Positions 56,901 to 64,000 of a stretch of DNA of 64,000 nt are shown one piece after another. The notes below the pieces were generated by a model, which searched no databases, was not told the DNA's origin, and worked only from the letters and a program-made list of their open reading frames with translations. This DNA is from Gekko japonicus (Eukaryota). Location of the stretch: assembly GCF_001447785.1 (NCBI RefSeq), contig NW_015169174.1:585729-649728 (forward strand), given 5' to 3'. The stretch's first letter is position 1. Every line of letters starts with the position of its first letter. Made by a program: the position numbers and the translations under genes.

Positions 56901-59614
56901 CTAAACAGTTTGCTGATCCTCTCCCCCCCCCCCAGCCAGTCAGAACACAGAGGTTATTAGCATGTGCAGCCTCATTGGCCTTTGGCTCAGAACACAGAGG
57001 TCATTTGCATATGCGACAATGCTTTTGCCTCTAACATTCTAAACAGTTTGCTGTTCTGAGGTAAAATGTGTCCAGTCTCCAGGTGATCAGAATTACAACT
57101 GCTTTCCAGATAACAGAGATCAGTTTCCCTGCAGAAAATGGTGGGCTCTGTATCCTTATATGCTGTTGAGGTAGCCCCCATATGACAGCCAATGTGACGT
57201 AGCAGTCAGATGATTAGCTGGGAAGGAGATAGGGTTGCCAACTCCAGGTGGGAAATTCCTGGCGATGTGAGGGATGGAGCCTGGAGAGAGTGAGGTTTCA
57301 GGAGATGTGGGACCTCAGACAGGTACAAAGCCATAGACCCCACCCTCCAAACCAACCATTCCCTTCTGTGAAACCATCGTTGTCAATCTCCAGGTGAGGG
57401 CTGGAGATCACTCAAAATTACAGCTGTTCTTTAGGTAGCAGAGATCAGTTCCTCTGGAGAAAATGGTGGACTCAGTGTCATTATACCCTGCTGAGGTCGC
57501 CACAGCAAATTGACACTGAGTGTCCATGGCTGGGGCACCCGCCCAGAGCCTCTTTCCAGAGGCCATTGTATTTATTTCCACAACGGAACTTTTTCCTAGT
57601 CTCTTTTAAAGACCATTGTTTTATTCTCACCCTTTGCATTTGAGTGCTAATGAACATAAAGGGAACAGTGATTTTTTTACTTTCAGTACCTGCCAGCAGT
57701 TCATGGTTTACTTTAGGAGCCCCAAATATTGCTGAACCTGTAGGCACTTTTGACATTTTGAAAAACAGAGGTGCCAGCACAAAATAGCTGCCTTGAAGGC
57801 TGGGGCCAATGACAATATGTTCAGAGGTTCCAACCCAAGCATCCTAGTGTGGTAAAGGTAAAGGTTTCCCTTGCTCGAAAGTCAGTCGAATCCGACTCTA
57901 GGGGGCGGTGCTCATCTCCGTTTCCAAGCCGAAGAGCCAGCACTGTCCAAAGACGTTTCTGTGGTCATATGGCTGGCATGACTAAACGCCGAGATGCATG
58001 GAATGCTGTTACCTTCCCACTGAAGCGGTACCTATTTTTACTTGCAGTTTCTTGCTTTTGAACTGCTAGGTTGGCAGGAGCTGGGGCCAGAGACGGGAGC
58101 ACATGGTGCTAGGGTCTTGAACTCCCAAACTACAGACCTTCCGGTCTGCAGCTCAGCATCTTAACCTCTGAGCCACCGCGGCCCCATACTATGATAGAAA
58201 CATGCAAAAGTGATGCCTCCTGGCCTCTTCTGCCACATTTCCTGCTGCAGTGAGTTGGCGAAAAGCCAGGATTGGCACTTTGTTCTGGGGAAGAAAGAAG
58301 TGGGTGCCCATAAACACATAGGAGGGAAGCATGTTGCCCATACACACCAAGCTGGGGATCACCGGTTTACTTGATCCAGAGCAAGTTTACCTATTAAGTT
58401 AGCTAACCCTTCCTTCTAAAGCAAGCTAATCACATTACAATCAGTTCACTTATAGAGTTGGACAGCAGGCAGAAAAGGGGATGGCAAGGGTAAGGTCTCA
58501 ATGTCTCCCTTTACAGGAGAGAAGATATCCGAGCTACAGAGAAAGACAAGGTCAGTGGAATAAACATCTCAATTACAGCATATGATGAGTGCACTAATGC
58601 AAACAGGGCCAAGAGTGTTTCTTTCTGACACTAATACACGTTTTATTAATTTATTAGAACATCTATCACCTGTCTTACCCTCTCCCCCAAATTATGTTTG
58701 AAGTATGGATAATTTCTTAATGAAAACCCAAACCATGTGGAATAACAGGCTGTTCAGCCATTCTTGAGAGTATCTTAGCACAATTTCTTTGAAATGTTTC
58801 TTCATGCATAGTGTAGGCTTGCTTCCATGTACATTCCCTGTGATGTAAGCCCCTTGGACTAGTCATACAACTTTGTTTACCTTGTCTTTCTTTCCCACAA
58901 CACTGGCAGGTAGAGGTTTACAAGAGTTTCCGCCCAGGAGACATCGTTCTGGCCAAAGTTGTATCCTTTTTCTGTTGTTTCTTTGATGCTCAGCTTAAGA
59001 ATCTTTAACTCCTAGCTGGAGTGAAAGCCTTCAAGCAGTTTTCTTTAACCTAGCCTGTGGGACTAGATCTCATTGGGGGATGCACAATCCAACTACTTGC
59101 TGACAACAGCAGAAAATGAGCTAGGTGTAGTGGTGGCTCATAGTGAAGCCGGTAAGAACAGTTTGATTCCACACAGATTGAAATGTATTGCGCTTGCTGA
59201 CGTCTTCCAGGCCACAACCTTTTGAGCCCATGGATAAGTAGGAAGCACTCTGCCTGCCCTAATAACATGACTATCACCATTGGTAGGAAGAATAGAATAA
59301 GATGAAGTAAATACAAGGAAGTATGATACTCTTATGATAATGAGACAGGTGTAGTGTTTTGAGAGCTTTGCAGAAACAGAGCAGCTAAATTTCCCTCAAG
59401 GTAGCATGAGCTGCAGCCGGAATTGGTAATAGGGTATCTTAACTAGTAGAGGACTCGTGCTTTTGCGGGAGAGGTATGTATTATAACACTTTTTGTTTTG
59501 ATCTTAGGAGTACAGATGGTGCCCATCAGCTGGTGTGAAATGCAGTGTCCTAGTACACATGCCAAGGAACTGCGCAAGGTAGCCCGGGTGCAGCCTCAGT
59601 TTCTGCAGACCTAA
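53608..59614 (+). CDS. EXOSC1: EXOSC1 (Csl4) RNA exosome cap subunit, coding span; 8 exons, 585 nt, 194 aa
   Basis: Peptides PGERLC, FAKVHILYV, KSFRPGDIVLAKVISLGDAQSNY, MVPISWCEMQC match human EXOSC1. Confidence 0.97.
54190..55160 (-). mobile_element. Degenerate Penelope-like element (RT C-terminus plus GIY-YIG region) in EXOSC1 intron 1
   Basis: Remnant peptides ...NLSMDTSMEQVHFLDT... and ...KSRCQFCPHIYSGNIT...; boundaries approximate. Confidence 0.75.
55668..55783 (+). CDS. EXOSC1: EXOSC1 exon 2 (ERLCSLEEGTPGSGTYTRHG...ENGM)
   Basis: 116 nt; homology. Confidence 0.96.
55963..56037 (+). CDS. EXOSC1: EXOSC1 exon 3 (LPVVSVMRDVDSQLLPDVGATVTCK)
   Basis: 75 nt; homology. Confidence 0.96.
56103..56308 (+). 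mobile_element. hAT MITE
   Basis: TIR CAATGTTCCCTCTAAG / CTTAGAGGGAACACTG; perfect 8-bp TSD GAACAGAC. Confidence 0.9.
56631..56719 (+). CDS. EXOSC1: EXOSC1 exon 4 (VCSINSRFAKVHILYV...FRGTI)
   Basis: 89 nt; homology. Confidence 0.96.
56840..57060 (+). repeat. Unclassified interspersed repeat; inverted copy at ~62170-62335
   Basis: Shared AACATTCTAAACAGTTTGCTG, GAACACAGAGGTCATTTGCATATG and GTCCCTATCCACTGG. Confidence 0.7.
57230..57500 (+). mobile_element. TAGGGTTGCCA-family MITE (rearranged)
   Basis: Left TIR and body similar to 11341. Confidence 0.6.
57851..58185 (-). mobile_element. Sauria SINE (Squam1)
   Basis: tRNA-like head; CCCAGCTCCTGCCAACCTAGCAGTTC body; (ACCTTT)n tail. Confidence 0.88.
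58517..58550 (+). CDS. EXOSC1: EXOSC1 exon 5 (REDIRATEKDK)
   Basis: 34 nt; homology. Confidence 0.95.
58910..58960 (+). CDS. EXOSC1: EXOSC1 exon 6 (VEVYKSFRPGDIVLAKV)
   Basis: 51 nt; U12 donor GTATCCTTT. Confidence 0.96.
58961..59066 (+). other. EXOSC1: U12-type GT-AG intron in EXOSC1 (106 nt)
   Basis: 5'ss GTATCCTTTT; branch TTCTTTAAC 59041-59049; no polypyrimidine tract. Confidence 0.9.
59067..59151 (+). CDS. EXOSC1: EXOSC1 exon 7 (ISLGDAQSNYLLTTAENELGVVVAHSEA)
   Basis: 85 nt; homology. Confidence 0.96.
59508..59614 (+). CDS. EXOSC1: EXOSC1 exon 8 coding part (VQMVPISWCEMQC...QPQFLQT*)
   Basis: 107 nt to TAA; homology. Confidence 0.96.
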
Positions 59615-59843
59615 ATAGTACCTACCCCAAGATGTACAACAGGTGTTGGGAAAACTTAACTCAGGGTAGAGAGAGATGAGGGACACTGGAAAGGAAACTG
59701 TCCTCTGAGCTACTGCTGAGTGTACAAGACAGCAATGAAACTCCCATGTACACTTTTGCCTCTGGAATGACCTGGGAGAAAAAGAACCTTAACTACTCTT
59801 GTTCACTTCATTTTATGTCCTAATTGTCACTGTTTTATAAGCC

Positions 59844-59849
59844 AATAAA
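59844..59849 (+). terminator. EXOSC1 polyadenylation signal
   Basis: AATAAA ~230 nt after the stop codon, followed by GT-rich sequence. Confidence 0.65.
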
Positions 59850-60287
59850 CTGTTTTCCTCGGTGTCTGTACTTTCATGGTTTAAATGTTAGGGCCCTAGT
59901 AATTCCTGGCACCATGGCAATGTAAATGGATGTGGCGGCTTGTGTTTCTTCCTCCTTTAGCTGTAGTGTCTCATGAAGATCTCTCCAGAGGAAGCTGAAC
60001 TTGGTACTTCAGCCTGAACCTGTGTTGTAATGTTCATAACCTCTGCTGTAGTTTCCAGTTTCCTATTGCAGTAGTGCTTGGAACAGAATTGCATCTAGGA
60101 ACATCAACCTGGAATGTACTAATGGACTATTTGCATAGCCCATTTTCCAAAGGTTTTAGGTTGGGCAAGACTGTCTGACATGTTCTGTATCTAGATATGG
60201 ATAGCAGAAGTTCTGAAATGGGTATCTGTGGACTCTCCTTAATCCCCGGGGATAATAGGAGAATCTATTGTCTGTATGACCTTTAAT

Positions 60288-60980
60288 CACATAAGAGCCC
60301 TACTGGCTCAGACCAGTGATCCATCTAGTTCAGCATCCTGTCTCACACAGTGGCCACAGTTCCTCTGGCAGTCCAACAGCAAGGCATACAAGCCAGGGCC
60401 TTCCCCTGATGTTGCCTCCTGGCACTGGGATTCAGAGGTTGACTGCCTTTGAACATGGAGGTTCTCCTTAGTCACCAAGGGTAATAGCCAGTGATAGTCC
60501 TATCCTCCATGAATCTGTCTAATCTCCTTTTAAAGCTGTAAACACTTGTGGCCATCACTACATCCTCTTGTAGTAAGTTCCACTTTGCAATCACTTGCTG
60601 TGTAAGGAAGTATTTCTTTTTGTCTGTTATGAATCTACTTCCCATCAACTTCATTGGATGCCCTTGAGCTCTTAATATTTTGTGTGTAATTTTATAAAAC
60701 TCTCATCATGTCCCTCCTTAGTCTTCTCTTTTCTAAACCAAAAAGTTCTGGATTCTTCAGCCTTTCCTCATAGGGCAAGTGCTCCAACCCCATAATCATC
60801 TTGGTTGCCCTCTTCTGCACTTTTCCAGCTTTGCAATGTCTATTTGGAGAGGATGACAATAGCAAACGGCTACGACTTCATGGCACTTTCCATCTTGTCC
60901 TTTCTGAGATACGGTCGGTGACCAGAACTGCACAAATGTGGCCATATCATAGATCTATACAGGGCTATTATAATACTAGG
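60288..60980 (-). mobile_element. CR1 LINE 3' fragment
   Basis: MKLMGSRFITDKKKYFLTQQVIAKWNLLQEDVV; CR1 3' UTR motifs. Confidence 0.85.
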
Positions 60981-61337
60981 AGTAAGGCCCACTGTGGGAA
61001 GAAATACAAGCAGCTCTAGAAGGAAGCTCCAGGTGCGTGTCCCAACTGTGGCTGGTGGGGTGGCAGAGAGAAGGGGAAAATAGAGGGAGGCAAGCTGTGT
61101 TTATTTCCTTCTGCTTAGCTATAAGGCAGGACTGTCTCAAGTCATTTTGCTGCCCCAAGTGGGTAGTATGGGAGGACAGCCTCATGGTAACAGGTATGGT
61201 TCCCTCCACCCCTGACATATGTTGATTTGGGGTTATGCAGTGGCAGCTAAGGTAGAAAAGAAAACCTTCTGGGTTCCAAGGGTCTGGAAAGCGGTTCCAT
61301 AGCCAGTTACAGCGTTGCCAGCTCTGGGTTGGGAAAT

Positions 61338-61968
61338 ACCTGTAGATTTGAGGGGTAGAGCCTGGGGAGGGCAGGCTTTGGGGTGTGGAGGGACCTCAGC
61401 AGGGTATAATTCCATAGAGTCTATTGCCCAAAGCAGCCATAATCTCCAGGAGAACTGATCTTGGAGATCTCCAGGTGCTGCCTGGAGGCTGGCAATACTA
61501 AGGGGAGGGCCAGACCTGTAGATTTGAGGGGTAGAGCCTGGGGAGGGCAAGGTTTGGGGTGCGGAGGGACCTCAGCAGGGTATAATTTCATAGAGTCCAT
61601 TGCCCAAAGCAGCCATAATCTCCAGGAGAACTGATCTTGGAGATCTCCAGGTGCTGCCTGGAGGCTGGCAATACTAAGGGGAGGGCCAGACCTGTAGATT
61701 TGAGGGGTAGAGCCTGGGGAGGGCAAGGTTTGGGGTGCGGAGGGACCTCAGCAGGGTATAATTTCATAGAGTCCATTGCCCAAAGCAGCCATAATCTCCA
61801 GGAGAACTGATCTTGGAGATCTCCAGGTGCTGCCTGGAGGCTGGCAATACTAAGGGGAGGGCCAGACCTGTAGATTTGAGGGGTAGAGCCTGGAGATGGC
61901 AGGGTTTGAGGTACAGAGGGACTTCAGCAGGGTATAATGCAATAGTCCACTTCCCAAAGCAGCCATTG
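61338..61968 (+). repeat. 176-bp tandem array (3 copies plus a partial 4th) of MITE-derived unit
   Basis: ACCTGTAGATTTGAGGGGTAGAGCC at 61338, 61514, 61690 and 61866. Confidence 0.92.
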
Positions 61969-62060
61969 TAATAGCTGGGAATTTTTTTGTAGGGGAAATG
62001 ATGTGATGTGGCTGGGGAACACAGTGATTTCTGGGAGTTTTCCAGGCCCCACAGGGAGAT

Positions 62061-62150
62061 TGGCAACTCCAGTGACTGTTGAAGAGAAAATTGGGATATG
62101 TATTTTGGCAACTCCAGTGACCGTTGAAGGGAAAATTGGGATATGTATTT
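62061..62150 (+). repeat. 45-bp tandem duplication
   Basis: TGGCAACTCCAGTGACYGTTGAAG...TTGGGATATGTATTT twice. Confidence 0.85.
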
Positions 62151-63847
62151 TACCTCAGGACACATTCAATTACTCGCAACAGCAAACTGTTTAGAATGTT
62201 AGAGGCAAAGGGCTATCAGGCCACATATGCAAATGACCTCTGTGTTCCGACTGGCTATTGGAGGGAGAGGAACAGCAAACTTTAGAATATTGGAGGCGAG
62301 AGCACCCAGTGGATAGGGACAGCTTCTGAGTGACAGGTCAGAAGATCTAGCATGCAGTAGTAAATGCCATAACTATCCCCTTAGCTTGTCTGCATTTCCC
62401 TCCCTCTGCTAATGACCATGTATCATAAGTATTGCAATACAGCTACAAGGTAGACTGAACTGTCACTATGAAATGGAAATAAGGGAAATAGGGCAGCTCC
62501 TATGATGGGTTCATGATCACACCACTTTTTTTTAATATAAAGATTTTATTGTTTTTCCATTACTACACCAGTGCTACAGGGTTAGGGGAGTGGAACACTA
62601 ATACACTACAATTCTACTAGGAAATGGGGGAGTGGAGCTAACAGGTGGCACGATCTGGATTACATGGCTTTTTAACTAAATCACCAACTACTACTAAGAT
62701 AACATTGTAAATAAAAGTTTAAGAATAAAAATTAGCTTTCAATATCGTTTTACCAAAAACTGCTGTGGGTCGTGTGGAACGTTCAGAAAAATCACACCAA
62801 AAGAGAATTATATATAAGGAGAGAAAGCCATTTTATTTTCAGTCCCTTTTCTAATAATTCCCAGCACAGTTTGCCCTTTTCACTGCTGCTGTAGCAGCAC
62901 ACTGGGTAGAGGAGGGAAATAGTTTTCCCACAGCACCTAAAGTTAAGAGAACAGCCAGATACATTACTAGATAATCTAGCACTTTACAAATATGTTTCCT
63001 GCAATCCAGGTTGGAGATTCTTTGGATACTTGCAAGAAGTATCTTCAGTTGTTCTAAATGTTCATGTTACATGACTGCAACAGTTCTCTGTAGTTATAAG
63101 TGTAGTATTATCACAATGTATCATGCCCTTTCCTACCAAGAAGGTAGCTGCCCTCTTGCATTGAGGTGCAACCCAAGATAGAACAGCATAATTAAAACAA
63201 GGGGCTTCCCCCCCCCCCCTGAACTGCATCATTTAATTATTTTGTAGTAAGATTAAGCAGTTTTATAGTACAGAAGCAGTTAGGGCATTCAAAAAATTGT
63301 AGTAGTTATAATTCAGGATTTAACAGCTGAGAACTCATTGTTGTGTTTTGGAGATGTACAGCAGTAAAATGTGGGACTGTCTACATAGATACTGGTCTGT
63401 TCACAGACTAAAAAAGCACTTTCTAGCAAAAATGAATCTTATCTGGTAAGATTCATCAGTATCCAGGGAAGGACATTTTCAGTGGCCTCCCCTAAATTCT
63501 GGGACTTCTTGTAGAGGCAAGTATAATACCATCTCTGCAGGGTGTCCAGACTAAGATGAAGTTGTTTCTATTCCAGGAGGCCTTTCAGCTGATTGAACAT
63601 GGAATGGTGTTTAGTGGTTATATTTTAAAATTAAATTAAGTATAGTTTTAAGTAAGAGTATGCTCTTCCTCCCAGTAGAGTTGTCTGTGGGTTGTTTCTT
63701 AACAAAGGAGTGGTAACTAGCTGGCTACTCTGCTGGTCTGCGGTGAATCTCAATATTTACAGTATTTGCTCAGATGCAAGTTGTTTTCCCCCCACAGGTA
63801 TGCCATCAAAAAGTGACACAGACACAGCAGATATTGCACATAATTCC

Positions 63848-63853
63848 TTTATT
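63848..63853 (-). terminator. Candidate poly(A) signal of the next convergent gene (PGAM1 by synteny)
   Basis: Minus-strand AATAAA; gene identity from human synteny only, no CDS in window. Confidence 0.3.
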
Positions 63854-64000
63854 TTACTGAGACTAGGGCAAATTCAGCCATTGTACAGTGACGTGAGCTC
63901 CAGTGCAGACCCACCCTATGGCAGGTTGGGATACCACAGGGATTGTGGGGCTGAGAAGCAATACAGAATGATACACAGTATCTGGGCTTACTGGCACTAC

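Noticed and set aside
61338-61968. CRISPR-like periodicity
   Set aside because: Vertebrate DNA; 176-bp units without unique spacers; MITE-derived
63700-64000. PGAM1 coding sequence
   Set aside because: No PGAM peptide seen; at most 3' UTR, inferred from synteny

Overview
Vertebrate genomic DNA from a squamate reptile, probably a gecko (inferred from Sauria/Squam-type SINEs, CR1, L2, RTE-BovB and Penelope repeats). It covers the conserved syntenic block UBTD1 - MMS19 - ZDHHC16 - EXOSC1. UBTD1 (-) contributes only coding exon 1 (8151-8220) and part of intron 1. MMS19 (+) is complete: 31 coding exons, 12527-41590, 1021 aa. ZDHHC16 (-) is complete: 10 coding exons, 44108-50021, 375 aa. EXOSC1 (+) is complete: 8 coding exons, 53608-59614, 194 aa. 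A possible PGAM1 3' end lies at the right edge. All exons were assembled by hand in frame with GT-AG junctions; gene names come from recalled similarity to the human proteins, not a database search. ZDHHC16 and EXOSC1 share a bidirectional CpG promoter and each has a U12-type intron. The most unusual object is a ~720-bp CpG-intact chimeric SINE-like element in MMS19 intron 1: a Sauria-type head, a GC-rich cargo bracketed by inverted arms that holds a 41-codon transmembrane-like ORF, and an L2-type tail. Also notable: a SINE tail acting as the polypyrimidine tract of the last MMS19 exon, two Penelope-type minimal hammerhead motifs, and a split UBTD1/MMS19 promoter with a candidate non-coding MMS19 leader exon. 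Most ORFs in the supplied track are spurious.
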